Below are positions 14,401 through 27,272 of a stretch of DNA of 64,000 nt, in pieces. The notes beneath the pieces are model-generated. The model saw nothing but the letters and a program-made list of their open reading frames with translations. It ran no database searches and had not been told where the DNA came from. The DNA is from Antedon mediterranea. Lineage: Eukaryota; Animalia; Echinodermata. The position numbers and the translations under genes are program-made. The DNA lies in assembly GCF_964355755.1 (NCBI RefSeq), contig NC_092679.1:17095432-17159431 (forward strand). The letters are read 5' to 3'. Positions within the stretch are counted from its first letter, which is position 1, and each line of letters starts with the position of its first letter.

Positions 14401-17400
14401 AAAGCAATAAAAATATTGCTATAAACAGACTCTCTTATAGTGCTGGTTGACGAAAAAATAATTATAAGCTTTCGATTTGAAAGAAAATGTGTGAAAATCA
14501 GGGAGAGAGAAGGGGCTCAGCTTTAATCAGGTGTCACCTTCCACCACCTAAATTTGCTTTACCACAGGTCCCACCATGGGGGTCTGTGGCTCAATTAGTT
14601 AGTGTCTCTCTCCCCCCACCCACCTCCAATTTCAAAATTCTGGATCCACGCTAGCCCTGTACCAAATTTTTCATACATGCCCCTGTTATGCGCGATTTGC
14701 GCAATTTAAAATTGCGCAAAGAATTCTTGCGCAAGGATTTTCTTGCGCAATATTAAATTGCGCAAGACTTGCGCAATTTCAAATTGCGCAAGAAAATCCG
14801 TGCGCAATTTTAAATTGCGCTGCACAATTTGTAAATTGCGCAAGATAGTTCTTGCGCAATATGACACCTTTGCGCAATTTGAAAACGAACTGTTTGTTAT
14901 TTTTATTATTGTACTCATTTGTTGTTGAGAATGGTACCGAAAGGTCAATCTTTTTTGTCATTAAATTAAATTTTTAAGTTAAATAGTAAATGTCTAATAA
15001 TTCGTAATAATTATTGTTTCTAAAAAAAAATCCAATCATTATTAGTCTTATTAATCGTCATTAGTACTGATATTTGAATTGAAATTATTATATTACTATT
15101 GGTATTTATTTATGCCTTCTCCTCATATTATGTGTGAATATGGTATTTTATAGAACCATTGGGAATTCGAGATTTTTTTTATTCGGAAAAAAAATTCGGG
15201 AGGGAGGCTCCCGGGAGGGTAAGGAAATGCGATATTTTAAATTTTGAATCATTCTTAAAAATTACTAAAAAAATATGGGTGTGCATGATTTCACAATCTG
15301 TCGAAAAACCTTGCGCAATTTGCAGATTACTTGCGCAATTTGAAACACATGTTTCAAATCAAATTGCGCAAGAAATTTTTCAAATCGCGCATAACACCTA
15401 CACTCCCATTTTGGCCGTATTTTAAACTCATCTCCACTTGTGACGTCACACACCTCTCGATAATAGATAGAGGGCGCTGTTGACTGAAAAAAGGAGCACC
15501 TCCTGTTTTGCTTCTCCTGCTTCAGATGTTGCATGTATGGTTTCTTTATAGTGTACTTTTCGTGCAATGTATACAGCTTTACATTACATCCAAAGGATGA
15601 GGCAATGAATGCATCTTGTTTTAAAGATACAAAGCAATTATATGCCAACTTATAATATCAGGTCTTAATTATTTAAAAACTTTCTGTAGTGTTTAAATAG
15701 TAATATACATTTGTGGTTTCTTTTTTTTTTGTTTAGGACGTGACTCCAAAAAATTTTCTGAATATTCTTCAAGGGAAAAAATCAGCAATGGCTGGTATAG
15801 GGAGTGGCAAAGTTATAGAAAGGTAAACCATGGAGTAAAGACAATTTTTAAATTGAGATTGTTGTGAAGAACAAAGGGAATTAAAACAATTTAGGAAGCA
15901 TTTGATTTTTCACAATAAAGCAGGAAACATAAACTCCTCAGGCATTAATCTCTCTCTACACTATCAAAATGTATGGGACAAAAACATATGATGTGCCCAA
16001 ATATGGAAGTGATATGCACAAATATGGTAGTGATGACATCATGTCCATATATGGGCACATCACATGTTTTAGTATCCTCTAAAAATTACATCAGTAAAAG
16101 GTAGCAAATGCAAAAAGTTAGTAATTATGATTGTTGCAGAATAATTGTGCTACTGTATTAATATTTTAAAATGGTTTTGAAAAAAAATTATAAAAGCATA
16201 CCGTACATAAGAATATTATATTAGTCAAAAGAAATTAATTATGATGATATAGAATTAATTGAAATATATACTTTTTGTGTTTTTCAATTCAAAACATTTA
16301 TTCAATAATAATAATAATAATAATAGTAAGACAAATAATACAAGAATAATAAACAATAAGAAATAGTAATACAATACAAAAACAAGAAAAGGTAAACAAT
16401 AGAAAGGAATGCCATCATTGGGGTCATGATTCAGAAGTAACAAACTTGTCTCACCATGACATTATATAATTGAAATGAATGTTGGATAAATAACCTTTGG
16501 TCAACGCACAAAAAAATTAACATTTTGGTCTATTGGTTGGGCTCAATGCGGACATGCATAATAATTGAGGAATTATACATTACAATAATTTAATAACAAG
16601 TGCATTTTCTTTTTGTGGGTTTTTTTGTAATCACATTACCATTCCTAAACTTCAGTTTATGCAAAAAACTATTAAAATGAATGTTGGATAAATGACCTTT
16701 GGCCAACGCACAAGAAAATTAACATTTTGGTCTATTGGTTGGGCTCAATGCGGACATGCATAATAATTGAGGAATTAAATATTACAATAATTTAATAACA
16801 AGTGCATTTTCTTTTTGTGGGTTTTTTTGTAATCACATTACCATTCCTAAACTTCAGTTTATGCGAAAAACTATTAAAATGAATAAAATCAAGATCAAAT
16901 AAGTTAAAACTGCCTCAATATAGATTTATTTTAACGACATGTTTCGGGCATAGCCCATCATCAGGTGAAAAGAATTGTAACAAAGGATAACATATATAAG
17001 TCACAAAATTACATAATAAAACAAATCAACCAATCAAAGATGTTAACAAACAAAAGGCATAGTTATAAAGGCACGCCTCCAAAAGCTATGGGGTACAAAG
17101 CAGGAATGGTTGCTTATAAAGCAGGAAATTTAAAACAAAGACAAAAGCTTCTATGCCTTTTGTTTGTTAACATCTTTGATTGGCTGATTTGTTTTATTAT
17201 GTAATTTTGTGACTTATATATGTTATCCTTTGTTACAATTCTTTTCACCTGATGATGGGCTATGCCCGAAACATGTCGTTAAAATAAATCTATATTGAGG
17301 CAGTTTTAACTTGTTTGATCTTGATTTTTTTCTATATCCTGCCTATGCAGCTCTTTGATTTATATTAAAATGAATGTTGGATAAATGACCTTTGGCCAAC

Positions 17401-20400
17401 GCACAAGAAAATTAACATTTTGGTCTATTGGTTGGGCTCAATGCGGACATGCATAATAATTGAGGAATTAAATATTACAATAATTTAATAACAAGTGCAT
17501 TTTCTTTTTGTGGTTTTTTTTGTAATCACATTACCATTCCTAAACTTCAATTTATGTGAAAAACTACTTGAATATTGTGCAAGATTTTCCACATTAAACA
17601 TTAAACATGCACGTTTCAGTTTCAAATTAATTTAAATTAATGTTTTTATTTATGTGAGTTTTTATTATTCTGTTTAGTGGACCCAATGATAATGTGTTTG
17701 TGTATTTTACGGACCATGGTGCACCTGGCCTCATTGCCTTTCCATCTGAAGAGGTGAGTCTTGACAAGTAAAATAAATTATACGTTATATAAATAGTTTA
17801 TGTATAAAAGTAGACACTATTTTTCTGGGGGAGGAGAGGAGGGTGGTGTAATACAGTAGAGCCCATTCTTTGTTGAGACACCCCTATTAAAGGGACACCA
17901 TGGTACCCAACAAAGTATACCCTTAATAGGGGTTCATACAATAATAAAATCAGATTTGATGGTAAAATCAAAAGTCACATTTATAGAAGGGCATGCAGGG
18001 TATCCGTATATGTCTGTATAGAAAATGTTTTTTAAGCTTTGTCCACACTATCAAACCAGTGTGATGTGCCCAAATATGGTAGTGATATTTCCAAATATGG
18101 TAGTGATATCATCATGTCCATATATGGGTACATCACATTTTTTTGTCACATAAAGTTTGATAGTGTAGACAAGGCTTTAGATATACTGCAATTGCAACTG
18201 CAAGGACAGTTAATATTGTTTTTTGTGTTTTTCTTTTTAGCTACATGCAAAAGACCTAATCACAGCATTGAATTCTATGTACAATGCGAAGCAGTATGCA
18301 AAGGTACAACAACTTTACATTATTTTCAGTAACACAGAAGCTACCATTCAAAGACCCTCAGTACAACAAAACTTTGGCAAAAAATTATTCAAATGGAAAA
18401 TTATATATTATTATAATTCTAAAAATGTTAAAAAGAAAAGAGTACATAACTTGTTGGTATGAAGAATAAAAAGGATTAACAAAACAACATTTTTTCCTTG
18501 ACGATATTACAATAATTACAATTTGTTGTTTCTTCAGCTGGTATTTTATCTGGAAGCGTGCGAATCTGGTTCAATGTTTAAAGACCTTTCATCCACAATC
18601 AACATCTATGCCACTTCTGCTGCCAACGGCAAGGAGTCTTCATATGCCTGCTACTTTGACAAAACCCTGGAAGTGTACTTGGGTGATCTGTACAGCGTCA
18701 AGTGGATGGAAGACTCTGATACGGTTAGCAAATGAATGAATAATAGCCTTTTCACATTAAACACTGGGAATAAAATTTGAAGGTACACTCATGTACCCAG
18801 AGTCCTAGTAGTACCATTCACATTGCCTAGTATTGAAGGTACACTCATGTACCCAGAGTCCTAGTAGTACCATTCACATTGCCTAGTATTGAAGGTACAC
18901 TCATGTACCCAGAGTCCTAGTAGTACCATTCACATTGCCTAGTATTGAAGGTACACTCATGTACCCAGATTCCTAGTAGTACCATTCACATTGCCTAGTA
19001 TTGAAGGTACACTCATGTACCCAGAGTCCTAGTAGTACCATTCACATTGCCTAGTATTGAAGGTACACTCATGTACCCAGAGTCCTAGTAGTACCATTCA
19101 CATTGCCTAGTATTGAAGGTACACTCATGTACCCAGAGTCCTAGTAGTACCATTCACATTGCCTAGTATTGAAGGTACACTCATGTACCCAGAGTCCTAG
19201 TAGTACCATTCACATTGCCTAGTATTGAAGGTACACTCATGTACCCAGAGTCCTAGTAGTACCATTCACATTGCCTAGTTAGTATTGAAGGTACACTCAT
19301 GTACCCAGAGTCCTAGTAGTACCATTCACATTGCCTAGTATTGAAGGTACACTCATGTACCCAGAGTCCTAGTAGTACCATTCACATTGCCTAGTATTGG
19401 AGGTACACTCATGTACCCAGAGTCCTAGTAGTACCATTCACATTGCCTAGTATTGAAGGTACACTCATGTACCCAGAGTCCTAGTAGTACCATTCACATT
19501 GCCTAGTATTGGAGGTACACTCATGTACCCAGAGTCCTAGTAGTACCATTCACATTGCCTAGTATTGAAGGTACACTCATGTACCCAGAGTCCTAGTAGT
19601 ACCATTCACATTGCCTAGTATTGGAGGTACACTCATGTACCCAGAGTCCTAGTAGTACCATTCACATTGCCTAGTATTGAAGGTACACTCATGTACCCAG
19701 AGTCCTAGTAGTACCATTCACATTGCCTAGTATTGAAGGTACACTCATGTACCCAGAGTCCTAGTAGTACCATTCACATTGCCTAGTATTGGAGGTACAC
19801 TCATGTACCCAGAGTCCTAGTAGTACCATTCACATTGCCTAGTAGAAACTCCAGAAAGACCTCATTCAAATCAATCATGAAATACCAGAATTGTATTTAT
19901 TATTTAATAAATGTTCGGCTGAGGGTGAACATCTGACCATGTATAACAACACCAGCGTTTAGTCAGTCAGTTTAGTCAGTACCTTTCACATTGAATCCCT
20001 AATATGTTCTTGGTGCATTTGTAGAGTTTGAAGAGTTGTTGTATTGTACTGTTTAGTTGGTTTCTTAATTTACACCAAACAAAACGCCAGTATTGGCTCC
20101 AGAGTCTTAAGATAAGATAAGATAACTTTTATTGATCCTCAAAAAGGAAATTCATTGCTCATCATAATAACAAAGAAAACACAATAAAAACAAATATAGC
20201 ATAAAACCATTCATATAAAAACATCTAAAAAATTACAAGATAAAATAATATTCTTGACTTCCTGTTGTACTGGATGATACCGGAGGGAATAAAGGATTTA
20301 CCAAATCGATTTGTTTTCACACTGAGGAGCCTCAATCTACCACTTGGATTAAGTTGGTCTATGATCACTTTGTGGAGAGGATGAGAGGCATCCGACTCAA

Positions 20401-22170
20401 TGCGTTCAAAATCTTTCTGGAGGTGTTCTAGGTGCACATCGGTAAAGGAAGGCAGTTCCAGACCAATCATTTTACCAGCCCGACGGATGAAAGTTTCAAA
20501 GCGTCCTTTATTCCCTCCGGTAACATTACCAGACCAACAGGAGAGGCAGTACGTCCAAACACTACATATAACGGATCTATAGAACGAAAGTAACATCAAA
20601 TCACAGGAGTTAAATTTATATAAAGTTCTCATACAATACATTCTGGGATTTAATTTTTTGCTGATGAAGTCTATATGGTCTACTGCTTGCTGACCAATGC
20701 AAATAATGAATAGTTCACAGTTCAATACATTATTAGACAACATATGAATGAGTTAATGTTCTAAGTGTTCTAATTATTTATGCTGTTAAGTGTTATCCTT
20801 TTTGTAGGAAAACCTTGGCAAAGAATCTTTACACAAACAGTATAAGATTGTGCGAACAGAGACGAACCTTAGCCACGTACAAGAGTTTGGTGACATGAAG
20901 ATGAGCAAGTGTAAAGTTGGAGATTTCCAAGGAGACGAGGCTAAGCCACTAAATCCGTTACCTTTTGCTCCTGTAAGTGAATCCAACCACTCTTCTAAAG
21001 TTCTTCTTTAAAGACTTCAACCTTGAATGTCATAGACTCTATTTATAACCTGTACAGCCACCAGTATGGTTGTTCAGATTTCAATCTGAATAATCTTCCA
21101 ATCACAAATTAGTTATGAAAATATCAAACATGAATATCATTCTATAGAATACCAATAATAGCTAATTTAATTTAGAGGGGATGGGATAGGTGTTCAACAT
21201 ATTCCACAGGACCTTAACCACTTGCCCCACTCCACCCCCTTTATGTACATAGGAGATTTATTTTTTCAGCATTGACCCACTGGAATTATTTATTGTTAAA
21301 AGCATAAACAAGTTGTGGTATGATTATTAAAACTATGTCATTCCACAATACTGTAATTACTATACTATAATTCAACAATACTGAATCTATGGTTAAAGAT
21401 ATAGAAAACTGAAAAAAAGCAATGAAGATTGTTTAATGGTTTGTTCTCTTTCAGTTGAATGCCATACCGTCTCCTGAAGTACCTATGGCAATCCTCTATC
21501 ACAAGTTGGAAAAAGCAAGCTCTCTGGAGGAAATGCAGAAGATCAGGCACAAGATCGAGGACATGAAACGGGTACAAAAAAAACAATATGACTACTGTAT
21601 GAGATTCAAAGTCTGGCAAAAAGGCACTTATCCTCATTCCATCAGCCTGTGCCATCAAAATCTATAAACCCTAAAAGTTTAATACAGTATGATCATTGAA
21701 TTGGTTATTACTAAGCCTGTGTGCATGTAACCCCAACATATCCTTGATTTGCCCACTGATAAAAGACACAGTATCTTAAAGTGATGTTATAATATGTACT
21801 GTACTACAATACTGCACTGTACTAATCTGTGGAATCGGTTACCTTTACACATTCGTTCAAGCAAGTCTACTGATGTTTTCAAGAGTGCGCTTAAGACACA
21901 TCTGCTGTCGGCTGCTTTCAGCAATTTGTAAGATTTAATTTGTTTAGCTAGATACCCACATCACTGAGAACACCTGTGAGTTATGTACTGGCTGGTCTAT
22001 GCACCTTAAATTGCTGGTAAACGGAAGCAGCGATGTGGGTTTGATTGGTCTTGTTTATTTTTTTCGGTTTTTGTCAAATTTATCAATTGTATTTAGGTTT
22101 AAGGTTTATATGTTTCATGGTTTTTCACAAGCGCCTTGAGCACTTTTGTGATATGTGCGCTGTATAAATC

Positions 22171-22201
<31 letters not shown>

Positions 22202-23484
22202 AGGGTCTTTCACTTTCCGTGCCGGAAAAAGGTGTGAAAGACCCTTTAAGCAGTTAAATTGTACTAACTGTCAACCAGGTCATGCTATACACTCCCAGTA
22301 CATTACATTTACAATTGTTTTTTTCTCTTGTGTAGTTAAACGGCAATATCCATAAAACAATTGAGACGATTGTAAGTCAGTCAGTTAAGAGTGAGGAGGA
22401 TGCAGACAGAATTATGCAAGCAGAAACTAAAGATATAACTGATTGGAACTGTTACAAGCAGGCTACTACCAAATTCTCTAAACAGTGTTATACACTGGGC
22501 CAGGTAATTGTTAATCAAGTTGGACCTTAATTACTGATTCGTTCCTCCCTTGTTTCTCCTACGTTATGTTTCCACTCTTTCTTTGATCTCTCATAAATTT
22601 TTTTCTTTCCTCCCTGAAAACATCTACAGTGTAGCTCAAATAAGTAAAGTAATTGATAAAATTGATGTTATTTATCTGTATTATATATAGTACTTAGTAG
22701 TATAATATACAGTACATTATTATATATAATATACATAATATTAATTTAAATATAGTACTATAAAAATCAAAATACCTATAAATTTGTAGCAAGATTTTAA
22801 TCCTGTTTTCCAGGTGGCATAACGCTTTTTTCAAATCATTGAATTTGAAAATAAATAACGACAATGATGCATTTATTTGTACGCCTTTTCTTATAAAATC
22901 GTTGAATTTTGGTCATTTCGCCGCAACTCAATTTCGACTGGAAAACAGGCTTCAGACCTGATGTGAAAAAAACATAATGTAAAATTTGTTTTATTCTTTA
23001 GCATGACTATGCCATGACACTGATGGGCGTGTTGGTCAATTTGTGTGAAGAGCCAATCGAAACCAGCATGTAAGTATTTTATACAACTGATTGTTTAAAA
23101 TACAAATTACCATTCACTATTTATTATATAACACCTACATAAATTCCTGTCATTTGATTGGACAATTGTGGGTCACATGGTGTGCAATAGTATGCACTAT
23201 TTGATTCAAATGACAGGAATCTATTTAGATGTTATATAAAACAAATAATGAATGTTTTATATTCATATAATGGTACAAATAATGGCATTTGGTGAATGAT
23301 GAAAGGTTATATCAACTCGGTTCACATCGTGCCATTATTTGTAAAAAATCAACTATAATAACACTTTTAGTATACATTTTTTAAAATAATACCGTACTGT
23401 ATTATTATTTCTTTTCCTTGTTTTATTTCTAGTGTTCTGCAAACAATTGACAAGGTTTGTAAACTTGAGACAAACAAAGTTTAA
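8470..23484 (+). CDS. LGMN: Legumain / asparaginyl endopeptidase (peptidase C13), intact copy 1, 433 aa
   Basis: 12 exons: 8470-8610, 13091-13188, 13321-13402, 15737-15822, 17678-17753, 18241-18303, 18538-18723, 20808-20972, 21455-21571, 22336-22503, 23002-23069, 23433-23484 (1302 nt, in frame, all GT-AG). Contains a signal peptide, [25 protein letters not shown], catalytic FTDHG and [24 protein letters not shown], and a C-terminal activation peptide/LSAM ending [12 protein letters not shown]. Confidence 0.96.
8730..10670 (+). mobile_element. Non-LTR retrotransposon 3' fragment (C-terminal CCHC-type region) with (ATT)n tail
   Basis: [13 protein letters not shown]...[18 protein letters not shown]. 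The reading frame resumes (IILGGDCS) after removing the 9201-10002 insert. Ends AATAAATTATTATT. Confidence 0.7.
9201..10002. mobile_element. TGT...ACA MITE with TTGCGCAA subterminal repeats (Ginger-like), copy A
   Basis: TIR TGTTATGCGCGATTTG, 4-bp TSD ATTA, and arrays of palindromic GCGCAATTT.AAATTGCGC units. Confidence 0.8.
10810..11320. repeat. ~177-bp tandem repeat, about 3 copies
   Basis: The unit GCTGCGCAAACCTCC...TATAGGGAGACAATTTATG...GAAATTCCTTTAAGTTTGCC is repeated. Confidence 0.8.
11593..12215 (-). mobile_element. ~625-bp TTAA-flanked MITE (Kolobok-like), copy 1
   Basis: Near-identical reverse complement of 35229-35854 and 36053-36678; one end slightly truncated. Confidence 0.8.
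14684..15396. mobile_element. Same TTGCGCAA MITE family, copy B
   Basis: Same TIRs and shared right-end sequence, with a different internal segment. No perfect TSD. Confidence 0.78.
16929..16971 (-). ncRNA. Mirror-copy hammerhead ribozyme
   Basis: Exact reverse complement of the 17242-17284 motif, lying within the left arm of the inverted repeat. Confidence 0.78.
17242..17284 (+). ncRNA. Minimal type I hammerhead ribozyme (Penelope-type)
   Basis: Sequence TTTTCAC-CTGATGA-T-GGGC-TAT-GCCC-GAAAC-AT-GTC-GTTAAAA. It has the conserved CUGANGA/GAAA/GUC core, a GC stem II, a palindromic ACATGT stem III and a stem I with one mismatch. Confidence 0.8.
18778..19844. repeat. 56-bp minisatellite, about 19 copies, in LGMN intron 7
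   Basis: Unit TGAAGGTACACTCATGTACCCAGAGTCCTAGTAGTACCATTCACATTGCCTAGTAT; near-identical units with no spacers. Confidence 0.95.
20108..20700 (-). mobile_element. 5'-truncated LINE 3' end (Rex1/L2-like RT C-terminus)
   Basis: ORF 20225-20743 ([20 protein letters not shown]...[11 protein letters not shown]) with a (TTATC)n tail. The same tail also occurs at ~40075-40140. Confidence 0.8.
21825..22200 (+). mobile_element. L2/CR1-type LINE 3' end
   Basis: [26 protein letters not shown] motif, 3' stem AGCGCCTTGAGCA...GTGCGCT, and an (ATT)n tail. Confidence 0.7.
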
Positions 23485-24778
23485 ACTGGACAGTAAATGT
23501 TTTCTGGACAAGAAATTACGATGACTATTAATTATAAACATAGCATTTTATATTGAAGGTTTTAAAGATATTTATACACAGACTTTCATTTTAAAACTTT
23601 ATTTTAACAAAATAATTCTACAGTACTTTGTTTTGATTTGTTACTGAAATTGTTTTATTAAAACGTTTTTTAGTTATCAAAAACATACACTGGGGCAATT
23701 AGTACCTTAAATCAGCCAAATATTTGTAATTAAAAAATATTTTAATGAAATTTAATACTCGCTGTATTATTAATTGTTTATAGATTTTTTTGTTATGCCA
23801 AAATATGTGCTTCTCAAAATGGAAAGTAGTGATTTTTAATTATCAATCATTTTGAAAAAATAATTTAGTTTTTTCCAGACAAATAAGCTGCAATCTCAGT
23901 GTTAATGAGCATACAATTAGTATATAATTATAATATTATAGCATCATTATTAAATTATTTTAATATGTAAATGCGATAATGTAAATTTTACTCAGTGTTT
24001 AAAAATTTTATAGCAATAAAATAATCTCATCTATTAAATTGCCTGTTTTTATGTTGAGTACCTATACAGCTGTTTTTATATATTAAATATTTTTATAGTA
24101 AGGGTGTAGTAGAATATGTGAAAGTGCAACCACTGAGTCTCAAACTTCACTAGGGGTAGTCACGATCCAATTCATGTCTAAAATGTTAATGAAGCCTAGG
24201 TTCAAGAATCCTGTGTAGTGAGTGTGTAAATTTTCCTTATTGGATGGCTGGTCGAAAAAGCTGGCTACTGATTCACAAATTAGGTCACCAGGTCAAGATC
24301 AACATTGGATCTTAAATGTTGTCACACGAGTTTACTAAATTGGCATTGAATGTTTGTTTTGAATACAGTGCAATGCAGTAGATGTGGTAAGTGGTTACTT
24401 ATTCATTGCAGAGGGATTTCAAGCAAATTAGGTCACTAGGTCATGGTCAACATGACCTAGTTGATGGTAATTATTATTATATCATATATTATTATTATTT
24501 AAAAAAAAGTTGTAACTGTCCCTTTAATTGAATTTGAATAAGGAACTAGGGACTTGGCAACAGCCAGTTACTTTTCATCTCCTTTGTTTTAGTGTTTGGA
24601 AATTATGGGATCAGCCAATGAATGCATGCCAGATTCTTTTATTCCTCCAATAATTCCAAACTGGGCTCTTATCGTAGCGGGATCAACAGGATGGGATAAC
24701 TTTCGGCACCAGGTAAAAATAAATGCAATTTATTTGGTTCTGTGGGTGTGGCCTTTGTTGATTTTACCATTTTATAAA

Positions 24779-27272
24779 GTGAAGCTGTAGCTTGGTGGTT
24801 AATGTGCTTGCTGTAGTGAAGCTGTAGCTTGGTGGTTAATGTGCTTGCTGTAGTGAAGCTGTAGCTTGGTGGTTAACATGCTTGCTGTAGTGAAGCTGTA
24901 GCTTGGTGGTTAATGTGCTTGCTGTAGTGAAGCTGTAGCTTGGTGGTTAACATGCTTGCTGTAGTGAAGCTGTAGCATGGTGGTTAACATGCTTTAGTGA
25001 GTGAGTGGCCGAGCGGTTAAGACAGTGGAACCGTAATCACGTAGCCATAACATCGGCAGGGGTTCGAGGCTCACTCACTCTATGGTTCTGGTGGTAGAAC
25101 GAGTCTTCTCGGATAAGGACTATAAACCGTAGGTCCAGTGTACACAACTTGCTCGTGTGCACTTTAAAGAACCTAGTACATCTTTCGAGACGAGTAGGGG
25201 GTTACCCCGGTGTATTAGTACATCACAGCCACTGATCACCAACTGGGCCCTCTGGGAGATCAGTCTTTGACTGAAGAGGTCACCCAGTATAAAGATAAAG
25301 ATAAAACAAACTGTAGTGAAGCTGTAGCTTGGTGGTTAATGTGCTTGCTGTAGTGAAGCTGTAGCTTGGTGGTTAACATGCTTGCTGTAGTGAAGCTGTA
25401 GCTTGGTGGTTAACATGCTTGCTGTAGTGAAGCTGTAGCTTGGTGGTTAATGTGCTTGCTGTAGTGAAGCTGTAGCTTGGTGGTTAACATGCTTGCTGTA
25501 GTGAAGCTGTAGCTTGGTGGTTAATGTGCTTGCTGTAGTGAAGCTGTAGCATGGTGGTTAACATGCTTGCTGTAGTGAAGCTGTAGCTTGGTGGTTAATG
25601 TGCTTGCTGTAGTGAAGCTGTAGCTTGGTGGTTAATGTGCTTGCTGTAGTGAAGCTGTAGCTTGGTGGTTAACATGCTTGCTGTAGTGAAGCTGTAGCTT
25701 GGTGGTTAATGTGCTTGCTGTAGTGAAGCTGTAGCTTGGAGGTTAACATGCTTGCTGTAGTGAAGCTGTAGCTTGGTGGTTAACATGCTTGCTGTAGTGA
25801 AGCTGTAGCTTGGTGGTTAACATGCTTGCTGTAGTGAAGCTGTAGCTTGGTGGTTAACATGCTTGCTGTAGTGAAGCTGTAGCTTGGTGGTTAATGTGCT
25901 TGCTGTAGTGAAGCTGTAGCTTGGTGGTTAACATGCTTGCTGTAGTGAAGCTGTAGCTTGGTGGTTAACATGCTTGCTGTAGTGAAGCTGTAGCTTGGTG
26001 GTTAACATGCTTGCTGTAGTGAAGCTGTAGCTTGGTGGTTAACATGCTTGCTGTAGTGAAGCTGTAGCTTGGTGGTTAACATGCTTGCTGTAGTGAAGCT
26101 GTAGCTTGGTGGTTAACATGCTTGCTGTAGTGAAGCTGTAGCTTGGTGGTTAATGTGCTTGCTGTAGTGAAGCTGTAGCTTGGTGGTTAACATGCTTGCT
26201 GTAGTGAAGCTGTAGCTTGGTGGTTAATGTGCTTGCTGTAGTGAAGCTGTAGCTTGGTGGTTAACGTGCTTGCTGTAGTGAAGCTGTAGCTTGGTGGTTA
26301 ACATGCTTGCTGTAGTGAAGCTGTAGCTTGGTGGTTAACATGCTTGCTGTAGTGAAGCTGTAGCTTGGTGGTTAATGTGCTTGCTGTAGTGAAGCTGTAG
26401 CTTGGTGGTTAACATGCTTGCTGTAGTGAAGCTGTAGCTTGGTGGTTAATGTGCTTGCTGTAGTGAAGCTGTAGCTTGGTGGTTAACATGCTTGCTGTAG
26501 TGAAGCTGTAGCTTGGTGGTTAATGTGCTTGCTGTAGTGAAGCTGTAGCTTGGTGGTTAATGTGCTTGCTGTAGTGAAGCTGTAGCTTGGTGGTTAACAT
26601 GCTTGCTGTAGTGAAGCTGTAGCTTGGTGGTTAATGTGCTTGCTGTAGTGAAGCTGTAGCTTGGTGGTTAATGTGCTTGCTGTAGTGAAGCTGTAGCTTG
26701 GTGGTTAATGTGCTTGCTGTAGTGAAGCTGTAGCTTGGTGGTTAACATGCTTGCTGTAGTGAAGCTGTAGCTTGGTGGTTAATGTGCTTGCTGTAGTGAA
26801 GCTGTAGCTTGGTGGTTTACGTGCTTGCTGTAGTGAAGCTGTAGCTTGGTGGTTAATGTGCTTGCTGTAGTGAAGCTGTAGCTTGGTGGTTAACATGCTT
26901 GCTGTAGTGAAGCTGTAGCTTGGTGGTTAATGTGCTTGCTGTAGTGAAGCTGTAGCTTGGTGGTTAACATGCTTGCTGTAGTGAAGCTGTAGCTTGGTGG
27001 TTAATGTGCTTGCTGTAGTGAAGCTGTAGCTTGGTGGTTAACATGCTTGCTGTAGTGAAGCTGTAGCTTGGTGGTTAATGTGCTTGCTGTAGTGAAGCTG
27101 TAGCATGGTGGTTAATGTGCTTGCTGTAGTGAAGCTGTAGCTTGGTGGTTAATGTGCTTGCTGTAGTGAAGCTGTAGCTTGGTGGTTAATGTGCTTGCTG
27201 TAGTGAAGCTGTAGCTTGGTGGTTAATGTGCTTGCTGTAGTGAAGCTGTAGCTTGGTGGTTAACATGCTTGC
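24779..27272 (+). repeat. 37-bp minisatellite (~59 units) derived from a tRNA-SINE 5' end
   Basis: Unit GTGAAGCTGTAGCTTGGTGGTTAA(TG/CA)TGCTTGCTGTA. The last unit continues as GCCTTCCAATCCCAAGGTCCAGGGTTCAATTC (anticodon-arm and B-box-like). Confidence 0.92.
24996..25310 (+). mobile_element. tRNA-derived SINE with Deu/Nin-like core, inserted in the minisatellite
   Basis: A box TGGCCGAGCGG, B box GGTTCGAGGC, core TCGGATAAGGACTATAAACCG...GCACTTTAAAGAACC...GAGTAGGGGGTTACCCCGGTGT, and an A-rich tail. Confidence 0.8.

Larger units (their letters stand above)
16885..17362. mobile_element. Penelope-like retroelement remnant with inverted pseudo-LTR arms
   Basis: 178-bp inverted arms at 16885-17062 and 17151-17328 (2 mismatches seen), each with a hammerhead. 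Flanked by the 13-bp direct repeat TATTAAAATGAAT (16872-16884, 17363-17375). Confidence 0.7.
16470..17565. repeat. ~200-bp tandem repeat, three copies, interrupted by the Penelope-like insert
   Basis: The unit ATGAATGTTGGATAAAT...CCTAAACTTCA recurs at ~16475, ~16677 and ~17370. Confidence 0.8.

Noticed and set aside
18778-27272. 56-bp and 37-bp arrays as CRISPR arrays
   Set aside because: The units are contiguous with no unique spacers, there are no cas genes, and the context is eukaryotic introns.
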